From NCBI RefSeq assembly GCF_006345805.1, contig NC_043006.1, positions 35,650,001 through 35,714,000 of the forward strand: DNA of 64,000 bases, given 5' to 3'. Origin of the DNA: Octopus sinensis (taxonomy: Eukaryota). A program made the translations under genes and the position numbers. Shown in pieces: positions 12,889 to 27,370 of the stretch. Under the pieces are notes generated by a model, which worked only from the letters and a program-made list of their open reading frames with translations, was not told where the DNA came from and made no database searches. Position 1 is the first letter of the stretch, and each line of letters begins with the position of its first letter.

Positions 12889-14008
12889 TATATAAGAGAG
12901 ATAATATGATGTCATTAATGCACCCTCAGTGTATTTTGTCTGTCTCTTGTGATACGCTAGTTTATCGCCACTCTTCACCCTAGGGGATGTAGCTTTGATG
13001 ATTTTCCAGTATACGGAATTATAATTCCGCATTACTACAGTTTACAGATGGTTTGTTGAGAGGAGTAGAGTCTCTAGTACAAAAGGAATGTGCGTGCTGT
13101 GTGTATCTACTTTTAAAACTGTATTCGTTTTGCCGTAAGCCAATGCAGTGCAATTCTTCTTACCAACACCTGCGGTTATTTTCTTTGATCTTTACATAGA
13201 AATCTTTGAGATGCACTTCACCTTAAGTTGACGGAAAACCATAGTATAGCATCAGTATAAAAAGTTGCTTTTATTTCTTTGTGTGTGGGAGTTCGCGTGC
13301 GTGTGTTTGATTTTGATTACTGCTTTTTTTTGGTGGTGGGGGGGGGGAGTTTGTATGGTTGCATTTCACATCCTCTCTGTTTTAAGCTGCACTGTATGCA
13401 TCAACATTTGAAGCGTGAGTACCACCGACGACACATTTATAACAGTATTTCTTCTGTTCAAGTAACAGAATTAGAATCTCTTAGAGCATAATCCTTCTCA
13501 TACTTCCACCATTAACAACTACCATTTCCACGTGTTATCTTCTGATCATAAGCGACTAAATAAAATTTATCAATTCGATACTTCGTAATTTTCTTCTCAA
13601 ATCATCTTCAGTCTCTTTCAGTCATAATTTCATAGACCGAAAGAAATTATCAAATCTGTCTAGACACACTGAGTAGGGACACAGTAAACCTCAGAATTGG
13701 ACGAATGAAATCTGTCATTTATTAATTGATTAATGAATCTCCAATTTGCGTATGCAAACGTTTATATATGCTTTAAAATTCCTGGCTTTAATGGTATCCT
13801 GGGATGCTTAAAAACTCCAGGCTTTAAGGGTATAAAAATAAGCCGTGGGAGGAAGCCCAACTTTCAGAAGTCTTTTACAGGTACAAAAAATGTGTGATTC
13901 TGAGAAGGGAATATGTTGAATAAAATCATAATTAACTAATCCTCCTGCATTTTCTTTTATCTAGAGCCAGGAATTTTTCAGCACCCCCTCATATATATAT
14001 ATATAATA

Positions 14009-14040
<32 letters not shown>

Positions 14041-14453
14041 ATGTCGAACGCAGCAACGTTTTAGTCAAAGCTGAATCATGTAACATTAATATTTAATCGT
14101 TGAACACATCTGCAATCGTCCCATATGCCATTTAAATAAGAATAATTTTTTCTTATCTGGCTGTGAGAGACAGATTTTATTTTGGAAGCCGACGAATCAG
14201 AACGACGCAGAAAAACTTCCGTTCTAGTATCCAATGATGTCACAATATATAGAGAATTTTCTTGTAGGACTATTACCGCAGCAAAATGTTTTATCATGTT
14301 CCAATATATGTGACTATGATACACATGACTTTAAACCAATATACATATACACATACAAATGTAAATATACGCACACACAAACACACATACACAGAGTCAC
14401 ACACGCACATATGCACACACACGCATATACATATATATATATATATAATGAAC

Positions 14454-14521
14454 GAGGGAAACGGAAAATGAAGTTTCGCGATGCATAAAGCTTCTCGTGA
14501 ACTTCGTTTTCCGTTTCCCTC
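14454..14521 (+). other. 68-nt stem-loop (about 27-bp stem, 13-nt loop); duplicate at 18984-19051
   Basis: GAGGGAAACGGAAAATGAAGTTTCGCGA-TGCATAAAGCTTC-TCGTGAACTTCGTTTTCCGTTTCCCTC. Confidence 0.85.
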
Positions 14522-15016
14522 AAACTAAATGAAAACTAAATGAAAACTGTGGCTAAAATCAGGTAGCCTAAACAGTGAAAGTGCTTTAATTGGCATACTA
14601 CTAGGTGTATACCCAAATTCTAAATGATTATATATATACATATGCCGTTTTATAAAAAAGAGTAACATCCATAATATAAGATAACGGTCAACGTACACAA
14701 TACTTAAATATATATATTTATTGCAAACATTGTTCTCTTAAAAACTTTCCGTTTACTTCCCCAGCGCATTTGTACAATGGTCATGTAGATTGGGAAGTTT
14801 GAGTTTTGCGACTATTTTTTCTTCAACACCATTCTTTCGTTTGCAAAAATCGGATCGAAAGTTTCGCCCCGTATTGAAAACATTGTTCAGTCTCTCCATA
14901 CAGCGGTATACACCGGAACAAATCCAGGAGTGAAAGAAACAAGAATAATCTTGCAAAAATCAGTATTGCGTGTATGCGTGTGTATATGGATATTTAATGT
15001 ATGCGTGGATTATATA

Positions 15017-15123
<107 letters not shown>

Positions 15124-15757
15124 TATACATATAAATATGTATCAATATATATGCATATATATATATATATGTATGTATATTGTATTTTCTCTATTGAGAC
15201 TTTCGAGACATTAAGACATTCTTTTATAGTAACGTAAATAAATAAAGAACGCTTTTATTCTCATTCTAACGTCTAAAAATGGTTCCGCCTTTCTCGCTAT
15301 GAAAGTATAAGAAGTATTTGTCTGCAAAGCGTGAAAGTATTTGTCATATGAAAACATAGGAACACTGTCTCATAGTTGTCATATTTCAGAACTATTTCGG
15401 AGTAATTCATTGCTACATGTAGCAATGTACTATTTACAGAAAGCAGAACAGAGAACAAAATATGGCGCAATCGGGGAAATTGGTTGAAAAGAAGAGTGAA
15501 AATGTATATATTAAGAGAGAGTCAGAGAGACAGCCACACAGACAGAGAGTGAGAACAGGAAGGGGCAGGGAGAGAGGAAGGAGAGAGAGAAGAGTAGGAA
15601 GTCATATGGAAACATGACAGAGAGCTAACGTGAAAAGAGGTCCATGTACCTTCGTGAGAATTAGGATGGGAGTGTCAGAATGATCGAGAAAAGAGAGAAG
15701 GGGATATATAAAATGCAGATAATTTGAAGTAATATATATATATATATGTATATGCAA

Positions 15758-15808
<51 letters not shown>

Positions 15809-15840
15809 ACATATATATATATATATATATATATACATAG

Positions 15841-15879
<39 letters not shown>

Positions 15880-15901
15880 CATAGATATATATATATATAT
15901 C

Positions 15902-15935
<34 letters not shown>

Positions 15936-15937
15936 AT

Positions 15938-16021
15938 AAAACTTTTTGCTGCTATTTCTAAAAGTTTCAGTATGTGGTAAAGTAAATTATTTTACTGAGC
16001 CCCAATTATATAATTTTATAT

Positions 16022-16084
<63 letters not shown>

Positions 16085-16162
16085 ACGTTTATAATTGGGG
16101 CTCAGTAAATAATTTACTTTACCACATACTGAAACTTTTAGAAATAGCAGCCAAAAGTTTTT
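15938..16162. repeat. About 73-bp inverted repeat around a (TA)n/AACGTT spacer; duplicate at 20398-20565
   Basis: AAAACTTTTTGCTGCTATTTCT...GAGCCCCAATTATA (15938-16010) is the reverse complement of TATAATTGGGGCTC...AGAAATAGCAGCCAAAAGTTTTT (16090-16162). Confidence 0.92.
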
Positions 16163-16580
16163 TAGCCATTTCTTCAACTATAAGAAAAATCTCCCAGATA
16201 GTGTTTACTCAAAAATAATTCACGTCGATATGGAGGGAAAAACAGCAAAATATCACATGTACAAAGATCATTTGAGAACGTTACGTTTCTGGATTAGTTG
16301 AATTTAAAATCAACATTTCCTTCGTCAGCTCAACATTTCTTAATTTGGATTTGAAAGCACTAAAAATTGAACATACCCATCCGATATGAGTAATCTCAGA
16401 CAAACCATCTCCAAACTGCCAGTGCCAACAAATTCAAAAAGTACGAGTGAGGACTTGTATTCCTCCCGCTTCCATCCACGTGAGTTATAGAGTAAACAAA
16501 TTTTGGCGGTGAGAACCGTAGTAAAAAGCAGGGAGAGAAGAATTGTATTATCAATAATAAATTTTTTTAATTTTTATTTT

Positions 16581-16695
<115 letters not shown>

Positions 16696-17121
16696 CACAC
16701 ACATACACATATGCTAGTAAATGAAAAAGGGTTTTTTTTTTCGTCCATAATTCACATAGTTTCCATATTCGGGTTTCAAGTTACGTTTAGAAGTCTTTCA
16801 AAATTTTGATGTCATCGAAGTTTTTACTATACGCATGTATGTGCGTGCGTTTATGCATATGTGTGTGCGTGTGTGTGTATGTGCATGTGTGTGTGTCTGT
16901 ACAGAGAGAGGGGGGAAGAGAACAGTGGAGAATTAAAATAGTTAATGAGAAAATAGGATAATGGAAAAGAGAATGACTTTTTCGAACTGCAATTTTCTCT
17001 TCTACCATTACTTAATTGTTGCACTGCAAATTGTCATCAACTGTTTTTATTATTGTTATCATCATCATCATCATCATCGTCATCATTATTATCATTATTA
17101 TTGTTATTACTATTATTGCTA

Positions 17122-17160
<39 letters not shown>

Positions 17161-17622
17161 TATTATTGTTGTTGTTGTTGTTGTTGTTATTGTTGTTGTT
17201 GTTGTTGTTTTTGTTATTATCATCATCATTATTGTTGTTGTTGTTGTTGTTTAATTTAAGCCCAGCTGATTAGAATGTCTAAAAAATTACAAAAATCGTG
17301 CTCCAAGTAAGCTTAGTTCTTACCAAGAATCTTCTTAAGTATCCTAGCTGTCCCTAAAATACTGTTTTCTGGACCTGAATTAAACAAGGTTTTGTGCCTA
17401 CTTCCTCTAACCATACGAGGTATTATGCCGATTTCCTCTATCTATCTGATCATTATTATTATCATTATCATTATCATTATAATTATAACCATCATAACCT
17501 CATACAATCACCAAGAGCACCTCACAAACAACACAACCGATACTACAGCGCCTACTAAAACTGCTATAATAACATCCACATTATTATTATTAGCATCTTC
17601 TTTCAGTTCTGTTTCCGTTTCT

Positions 17623-19611
17623 TGCGTGCTGTGTGTATCTACTTTTAAAACTGTATTCGTTTTGCCGTGAGCCAATGCAGTGCAATTCTTCTTACCAACA
17701 CCTGCGGTTATTTTCTTTGATCTTTACATAGAAATCTTTGAGATGCACTTCACCTTAAGTTGACGGAAAACCATAGTATAGCATCAGTATAAAAAGTTGC
17801 TTTTATTTCTTTGTGTGTGGGAGTTCGCGTGCGTGTGTTTGATTTTGATTACTGCTTTTTTTTTCGGTGGGGGGGGGGGAGTTTGTATGGTTGCATTTCA
17901 CATCCTCTCTGTTTTAAGCTGCACTGTATGCATCAACATTTGAAGCGTGAGTACCACCGACGACACATTTATAACAGTATTTCTTCTGTTCAAGTAACAG
18001 AATTACAATCTCTTAGAGCATAATCCTTCTCATACTTCCACCATTAACAAACTACCATTTCCACGTTGTTATCTTCTGATCATAAGCGACTAAATAAAAT
18101 TTATCAATTCGATACTTCGTAATTTTCTTCTCAAATCATCTTCAGTCTCTTTCAGTCATAATTTCATAGACCGAAAGAAATTATCAAATCTGTCTAGACA
18201 CACTGAGTAGGGACACAGTAAACCTCAGAATTGGACGAATGAAATCTGTCATTTATTAATTGATTAATGAATCTCCAATTTGCGTATGCAAACGTTTATA
18301 TATGCTTTAAAATTCCTGGCTTTAAGGGTATCCTGGGATGCTTAAAAACTCCAGGCTTTAAGGGTATAAAAATAAGCCGTGGGAGGAAGCCCAACTTTCA
18401 GAAGTCTTTTACAGGTACAAAAAATGTGTGAATCTGAGAAGGGAATATGTTGAATAAAATCCTAATTAACTAATCCTCCTGCATTTTCTTTTATCTAGAG
18501 CCAGGAATTTTTCAGCACCCCCTCATATATATATATATATATTATATATGTTATATATATTATATATATAATGTCGAACGCAGCAACGTTTTAGTCAAAG
18601 CTGAATCATGTAACATTAATATTTAATCGTTGAACACATCTGCAATCGTTCCATATGCCATTTAAATAAGAATAATTTTTTCTTATCTGGCTGTGAGAGA
18701 CAGATTTTATTTTGGAAGCCGACGAATCAGAACGACGCAGAAAAACTTCCGTTCTAGTATCCAATGATGTCACAATATATAGAGAATTTTCTTGTAGGAC
18801 TATTACCGCAGCAAAATGTTTTATCATGTTCCAATATATGTGACTATGATACACATGACTTTAAACTAATATACATATACACATACAAATGTAAATACAC
18901 GCACACACAAACACACATACACAGAGTCACACACGCACATATGCACACACACGCATATACATATATATATATGTATAATGAACAAGGGAAACGGAAAATG
19001 AAGTTTCGCGATGCATAAAGCTTCTCGTGAACTTCGTTTTCCGTTTCCCTCAAACTTAATGAAAACTAAATGAAAACTGTGGCTAAAATCAGGTAGCCTA
19101 AACAGTGAAAGTGCTTTAATTGGCATACTACTAGGTGTATACCCAAATTCTAAATGATTATATATATACATATGCCGTTTTATAAAAAAGAGTAACATCA
19201 ATAATATAAGATAACGGTCAACGTACACAATACTTAAATATATATATTTATTGCAAACATTGTTCTCTTAAAACTTTTCCCGTTTACTTCCCCAGCGCAT
19301 TTGTAAAATGGTCATGTAGATTGGGAAGTTTGAGTTTTGCGACTATTTTTCTTCAACACCATTCTTTCGTTTGCAAAAATCGGATCGAAAGTTTCGCCCC
19401 GTATTGAAAACATTGTTCAGTCTCTCCATAAAGCTGGTATACCGGAACAAATCCAGGAGTGAAAGAAACAAGAATAATCTTGCAAAAATCAGTATTGCGT
19501 GTATGCGTGTGTATATGGATATTTATGTATGCGTGGATTTATATACATATATATACACACACACACACACACATAACACATATATATATAATATATATAT
19601 ATATTATAATA

Positions 19612-19644
<33 letters not shown>

Positions 19645-20319
19645 CATTATACATATAAATATGTATCAATATATATGCATATATATATATATATATAGGT
19701 ATGTATATTGTATTTTCTCTATTGAGACTTTCGAGACATTAAGACATTCTTTTATAGTAACGTAAATAAATAAAGAACGCTTTTATTCTCATTCTAACGT
19801 CTAAAAATGGTTCCGCCTTTCTCGCTATGAAAGTATAAGAAGTATTTGTCTGCAAAGCGTGAAAGTATTTGTCATATGAAAACATAGGAACACTGTCTCA
19901 TAGTTGTCATATTTCAGAACTATTTCGGAGTAATTCATTGCTACATGTAGCAATGTACTATTTACAGAAAGCAGAACAGAGAACAAAATATGGCGCAATC
20001 GGGGAAATTGGTTGAAAATAAGAGTGAAAATGTATATATAAGAGAGAGTCAGAGAGACAGGCACACAGACAGAGAGTGAGAACAGGAAGGGGCAGGGAGA
20101 GAGGAAGGAGAGAGAGAAGAGTAGGAAGTCATATGGAAACATGACAGAGAGCTAACGTGAAAAGAGGTCCATGTACCTTCGGTGAGAATTAGGATGGGAG
20201 TGTCAGATGATCGAGAAAAGAAGAGAAAGGGGATATATAAAATGCAGATAATTTGAAGTAATATATATATATATATGTATATGCAAATACACACACACGC
20301 CACACACACACACCATAAT

Positions 20320-20365
<46 letters not shown>

Positions 20366-20995
20366 CACATAGATATATATATATATATTATATATATAAA
20401 ACTTTTTGGCTGCTATTTCTAAAAGTTTCAGTATGTGGTAAAGTAAATTATTTTACTGAGCCCCAATTATATAACGTTATATATATATATATATAATTGG
20501 GGCTCAGTAAAATAATTTACTTTACCACATACTGAAACTTTTAGAAATAGCAGCCAAAAAGTTTTTTTAGCCATTTCTTCAACTATAAGAAAAATCTCCC
20601 ACATAGTGTTTACTCAAAAATAATTCACGTCGATATGGAGGGAAAAACAGCAAAATATCACATGTACAAAGATCATTTGAGAACGTTACGTTTCTGGATT
20701 AGTTGAATTTAAAATAAACATTTCCTTCGTCAGCTCAACATTTCTTAATTTGGATTTGAAAGCACTAAAAATTGAATATACCCATCCGATATGAGTAATC
20801 TCAGACAAACCATCTCCAAACTGTCAGTGCCAACAAATTCAAAAAGTACGAGTGAGGACTTGTATTCCTCCCGCTTCCATCCACGTGAGTTATAGAGTAA
20901 ACAAATTTTGGCGGTGAGAACCGTTGTAAAAAGCAGGGAGAGAGGAATTGTATTATCAATAATAAATTTTTTTTATTTTTATTATTGATATATAT

Positions 20996-21037
<42 letters not shown>

Positions 21038-21040
21038 TAT

Positions 21041-21131
<91 letters not shown>

Positions 21132-21553
21132 CAACACATACACATATGCTAGTAAATGAAAAAGGGGTTTTTTTTTCGTCCATAATTCACATAGTTTCCA
21201 TATTCGGGTTTCAAGTTACGTTTAGAAGTCTTTCAAAATTTTGATGTCATCGAAGTTTTTACTATACGCATGTATGTGCGTGCGTTTATGCATAGTGTGT
21301 GCGTGTGTGTGTATGTGCATGTGTGTGTGTCTGTACAGAGAGAGGGGGGAAGAGAACAGTGGAGAATTAAAATAGTTAATGAGAAAATAGGATAATGGAA
21401 AAGAGAATGACTTTTTCGAACTGCAATTTTCTCTTCTACCATTACTTAATTGTTGCACTGCAAATTGTCATCAACTGTTTTTATTATTGTTATCATCATC
21501 ATCATCATCATCGTCATCATTTTATCATTATTATGTTATTACTATTATTGCTA

Positions 21554-21594
<41 letters not shown>

Positions 21595-22061
21595 TTATTG
21601 TTGTGTTGTTGTGTTGTTGTTGTTGTTGTATTGTTGTTGTTGTTGTTTTTGTTTATCATCATCATTATTGTTGTTGTTGTTGTTGTTTAATTTAAGCCCA
21701 GCTGATTAGAATGTTTAAAAAATTACAAAAATCGTGCTCCAAGTAAGTTTAGTTCTTACCAAGAATCTTCTTAAGTATCCCAGCTGTCCCTAAAATACTG
21801 TTTTCTGGACCTGAATTAAACAAGGTTTTGTGCCTACTTCCTCTAACCATACGAGGTATTATGCTGATTTCCTCTATCTATCTGATCATTATTATTATCA
21901 TTATCATTATCATTATAATTATAACCATCATAACCTCATACAATCACCAAGAGCACCTCACAAACAACACAACCGATACTACTGCGCCTACTACAACTGC
22001 TATAATAACATCCACATTATTATTATTAGCATCTTCTTTCAGTTCTGTTTCCGTTTCTTGC
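17623..22061 (+). repeat. 4.5-kb tandem duplication, copy 2
   Basis: Ends CCGTTTCTTGC at 22061, matching the end of copy 1. TGC is shared at the junction. Confidence 0.95.
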
Positions 22062-22140
22062 CGAGTGTCGTCCTGACACCTAGGGCAGAGAAACGTACCA
22101 TGTACATTGGTAGACCATTAAAACAAGACCACCAGATTTT
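22028..22140 (-). mobile_element. Short 3'-terminal fragment of a (TAA)n-tailed retroposon; related fragment at 58200-58258
   Basis: TTTCTTGCCGAGTGTC.TCC.GAC.CCTAGGGCA is shared with 58226-58259. On the minus strand both are followed by TAA repeats. Confidence 0.6.
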
Positions 22141-22869
22141 TCCATTTATAGAGTCAAATGACAGAGAAAAAGAGAAAGAGGAAAGAATGAAAAAAAAAAA
22201 AGTAAACAAATAAGATAAAAGTGGGGAAAAGGAAAGAAAATTTACAGCGACAATGCTCTTCTCCTTACGTGTGACTATTATTATTATTTTTTTATGCGAG
22301 CTGGCAAAGTCGTGAGAGAATTAGAGAAAATGCCTACGGATAGTTCCTCCGGTACTTTACATTCGCAAATTAGATCCCGCCTTTCAGAATTCAAATCGTG
22401 CCTTTGTTTCTTTTTGGGTCTCTAAAGTAAAGTACCTCTCAAATACTGTGGTCATTGCTGTCGAAAAAGTCCCTTCCCTAAGACTACTGGCCTTGTGAAA
22501 ATGTCGCTGATTGTTTCACGGACAGCAAAACTTTGACCTATCAGCTCTTTAGAGCGAGTGATAGGATAATAGATTAGAGTAATCCGTACGATTCCTCCAC
22601 TGGACTGTCAAACTGTTGTCGTTATCATCCCAGGTATATGCGCAAATTTTGAGTTCATCTGAAGCCATGGGGAAAATCACTTGCCATGGTTGAATCGCTG
22701 TGGATCGAATATCATTATATGAATCACAGATCTTAACTGTTGATGTACAAACACACACACACACACACACACACACCCACATGTTTGTATATAGATCACA
22801 TGACTATGTGATCAAACAGGCAGTCGTATGTTGTTATGCATCACTGATGACAATACAGTTTCCATCGTT

Positions 22870-23048
22870 TTAACTTTCGAATGACGCCAGTCCGCTTGTC
22901 CGTTGCAGGGTTTCCCATTCACGCCTGAGTTGACTGGAGCAGCGCCAAATTAAATATTTTGCTTTAGAACACAACGCGCCCCTTACTTTGGAATTCGAAC
23001 TCACGACCTAGAGATCGTGAGTGCAACACACTTACCACTAAGCCACCC
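22870..23048 (-). mobile_element. Degenerate tRNA-derived SINE head
   Basis: Plus strand shows GGAATTCGAACTCACGACC (B box reverse complement) and CCACTAAGCCAC (A box reverse complement). A similar head lies at about 59860-59975. Confidence 0.6.
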
Positions 23049-23444
23049 ACCTTCCCATATATATACATATATACATTTATACTGTCTTACTTGGTTCAGT
23101 CATTTGAGCTGCGGCCATGATGGAGCACCACTCTTAGTCGAGCAAATGTATATATATACATATATCGTATTATATATATATATTATATATATATATACAT
23201 ATATTATATATATATTATATATATATATATATATATGTACATATATTATATATATATATTATATATATATATATTATATAATTATATATATATATATATC
23301 ATGTATATATATTATAATTATATATATATATGTATAAATACCAAGAGAGAGAGAGAGAGAGAGAGAGGAAAGAGACAAAGAATTGTCATTTTGCCATGTA
23401 GAGAAAGAAGTGGGTGGTAAAGAACCAGTATTAAGCGCTTTGCT

Positions 23445-23488
<44 letters not shown>

Positions 23489-24071
23489 TATAAGCATAAG
23501 GATTACAAAAAAGAATCAGAGAGAGACAGCAGAGCGACAGAGAGAGAGACAGAGGGAAAAGAAGACACAAAGGAAGAGAGAGAATTGGAAAAAGCGACTG
23601 AATGAACGAGAGAGAGAGACGAGCTGTAGGAATTTGTTAATTGAAAATTACACACAGCGAGACAATGAATGTATTGATTGTCGACCGAGATGGCAACAAC
23701 TAAATAGTATAGTGACAATGCATTGCACACACACACACACACACACACACATGAAACCACACCCGCATGCAGATACACACAAATATATACACAGGTAAAC
23801 TTTCATTCACACAGATGTACATATACACAGGTACACGTACACACACACACACACACTCACACACGTGCATACACATACACAAATAAAGCAGAACACAAAG
23901 TTCTCAATAAACAAACATGCACCAAAGATATTGTAATTCACAGAAATCTCAATGACAACTATGCCCGCCTTTACAGATGGGTGTATATGAGTAATGTGAG
24001 TGCGCGCGCACACTAATATCACTATCTGCTATACTTAAAGTACATATGTGCATGTGTGTAAATGTGGGTGT

Positions 24072-24128
<57 letters not shown>

Positions 24129-24300
24129 GTATGTATGCATGTATATATATACAGAGTAAGAAAACTACGTATTCAATTCACATACCGCCCCTGCTATTCA
24201 ATTCACATAATGCCCATGCGATTGACGATAATGCTGCGTTTTTCGTTTGCAGTTTAGCACATAGGGAATTTTATCCTGTGTAAAGACTTAATGAATATAT

Positions 24301-24334
<34 letters not shown>

Positions 24335-24363
24335 ACATACATATAGGCATATCATGTATATAC

Positions 24364-24416
<53 letters not shown>

Positions 24417-25327
24417 CGAGTGTGTGTACTCTCTGTGTGTGTCTTCTATGTAAACTTCTATATAAAATCTCATTTCCATTAAACTGATGATCACTCATTA
24501 GTCTTTACTACAATATATTTGTTTTCCAAGAAAACGTTTCATATACTAAGAATTCGGTTCACAAGCCGTTATATACTGACGAAAGTCAGTAACCAGAAAC
24601 TCTTAAATCAAAATTTTCCTTGAAGTGCTTTTATAAATGTGTGTGTGTGTGTATGTTTGTGTCTGTGGGTGGGTGTTTGTATGCGCATGAGCGTTGCGTG
24701 TGTATATATATATATATAAAATCAATGAAGTAAATAGAAAATGGATTAAGCAAGAAACTTTATTCAACGATCGTTTCGACCCATCCTGCATCTGACCGTT
24801 ATGTGTATGATATTCTACGTCCCCTTGTGGCACATCCGTCATGGCACACAGTATCTCGGCAGGTATCTAGTGTAAATAAGTGGAAATCCTACTAGATATA
24901 TACCCAAACTCCAAATCCTACTAGATATATACCAAACTCCAAATCACCCTGTATATATATATCTATAAAAAAGATATATCGTATGTCCAACTTTTGGGTA
25001 AATGCGTTTATTTTAATTCAATATTTATCTTGCTTGCAATAACCGGTTCTTTTTTGACAAACTATCGTATATCCAGATATCAAAAATTGTCATAGTTATT
25101 ACAACGGTTTTGCTATTAGTGTGCAACAATCACACTCCTCACCAATCAGGTTTGATGGGGCTGCCAGTTTAGTCACGGACGACCCGACCACGCAACAGGT
25201 TATATTGGGTTGCATGTTACCAGCAGCGCCCAAGAGCGACCTGACACAATGTATATACATACATACATACATACATACATACATAAATGCATACACGCAT
25301 ATGTACATACATACATACATACATACA

Positions 25328-25356
<29 letters not shown>

Positions 25357-25358
<2 letters not shown>

Positions 25359-25545
25359 TATTGGGGCCTTGGGATATGTAACACACTGACTAAATACCAA
25401 TCTTGAGAAATTAGGCTTCTCAAAACCAGAAAGGAGAAAGCTGATTCGAAGACTACAGATCGAACCCATCACTAGAACTGTAGAAATCTGTAAAATTTTC
25501 CAGACGGTTATCATTTAAGTTTGTCATTACGATTTGATTACAAAT
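25357..25545 (+). mobile_element. C-terminal fragment of an RLE-type non-LTR retrotransposon, directly after a (CATA)n array
   Basis: 25357-25518 reads IIGALGYVTH*LNTNLEKLGFSKPERRKLIRRLQIEPITRTVEICKIFQTVII*. The IIGALG...G/T.V.I pattern matches the end of the restriction-like endonuclease domain. (CATA)n spans about 25255-25356. Confidence 0.7.
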
Positions 25546-26229
25546 TCTAGCAAGATCGACTTTGCCTTTTAGCGTTTTGGAATCGATAAAATAAATACCT
25601 GTTGAACACTGGGGTTGATGTAATCGATTTGCCCCCTCTCACAACGTTTCGCTTTGACATTTCTCGAAAATCTATAATTTTAATGAATAATGATTTGAAT
25701 ACAAAACTAAACGAGGAATGCTAATTGTCAGGGAAACGGTACAGCGGGAAGGAAAAAACACAGAGTAAAAATTCGACATTTTAACAAAGAATCGAGAAAA
25801 TTTTAAAATAAGATCTTCCATTTGCGTTACATTTAATTACATTCCTCTTTTTGTATTCTTTCGTATTTACATTTCTTTTCTGTTTCGAATACACCCTCAC
25901 ACCCCACCCCCAGCCATCCGCTGAAGATCGGGGAGACGTTGACATTAGAGGGGAAAAAAAACTCCAGCAATTAGATGTATGCACACGCGCAGGTGCACTC
26001 GTAACGTGTGTTCATACAGACATATATGAGTGAGAGTGTGCGTCTATGTGTGTGTGTATGTGTGTGTGTCTGGATGATACACACACACACACACACATAC
26101 ACACACGCACTCGAAGGCAAAACTAAAGCAACTAGTTTTTAATGCCGCTTCGCGGCACCTTGCACAAGTGCCTTCTAATATACTTTTTGCTTTCATCAAT
26201 CCCTTGTATTTGTCTCGATATTGTAATGT

Positions 26230-26460
26230 CCTTCGTTCAATTCCCAGCGGTGCACTGTTTACTGGAGCAAAACGCTTTATTTCACGTTGTTCCATTCCAT
26301 TCAACCGGCAAAAATGGTATGTACGTGTAAGTGAAAGGGCCAGTCTTGTCACATTCTCTGTGTCGCACTGAATCTCCTTGAGAACGACGTTAAGGGAATG
26401 GCAGTTTGTGGAGTTACAAGTTAATTTCACGAGCAGGCTGTTCCGTTAATCGGACTGACT
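26230..26460 (+). mobile_element. Degenerate body and tail of the 7552-type SINE
   Basis: GAGAACGACGTTAAGGG...GTTAATTTCACGAGCAGGCTGTTCCGTT matches 7808-7885. Confidence 0.75.
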
Positions 26461-27114
26461 GCAACACACGTCGTCGAAAGTATCAATAATATTTATTTGT
26501 GTGTGTGTGAGTATATGAATGTATGCGTGCGTGTGTGAGGTATGCGTGTGTGTGTGCTTACTTTTCCAGTCACTTTTCTTTCGAAATGGACATAATCATT
26601 AAGTCGATGACTGATTACGCTTCCGTATTCGTTCTATAAACTTATGAGTCAATTGTCTGACGAATGACATTGTATAAATGTGTCTCTAACAGATTATATC
26701 TTCGATTTCGTTCCGTAGTTTATCAACTCGGTTGTCGTAGGAATAATAGACATGTTCGTATAAGAGCTTATGTGATTTCGTTCAATAGTTAAAATAATGT
26801 TTGTTTAACGCTTGACATACATAGAACGCAAAAGGAATATCTTACAAATAATTTTAGTTTCAAGGCCGTATCTTGCTTGTTTAAGCATTATAGAAAAACA
26901 AACTGCAATGATATAAAGCCAGTCATGCAGACGTCGTTCACTGAAGAGGACAGACATTCCTCCCGTCAAATAATCATTAAAAAGATTGTATTGTGAAAAT
27001 CAATTGAAATACTGCATCAGTTTCACTTGAAAGAGAAATTCTGCAAGGAAGTTTTCAATGTTATTGGATGTTCTTAAAAATCAAAGTTAACTAATAATAA
27101 CAATCGTTTGCAGT

Positions 27115-27331
27115 ATAGGCACAAGGCCTGAAATTTGAGGAAGGAGGAATAATCGATTATATCGACCCCAGCGCGTAACTAGTACTTAATTTTATCGACT
27201 CCAAAAGGATGAAAAGCAAAGTCGACCCCAGCGGTGTTTGAAGTGAGAAAGTAGCGGCAGACGAAATACCGCTAAGCATTTTGCCCGGCGCACTAACGAT
27301 TCTGCTTCCTTGCCGCCTGAATAATAATAGC

Positions 27332-27370
<39 letters not shown>

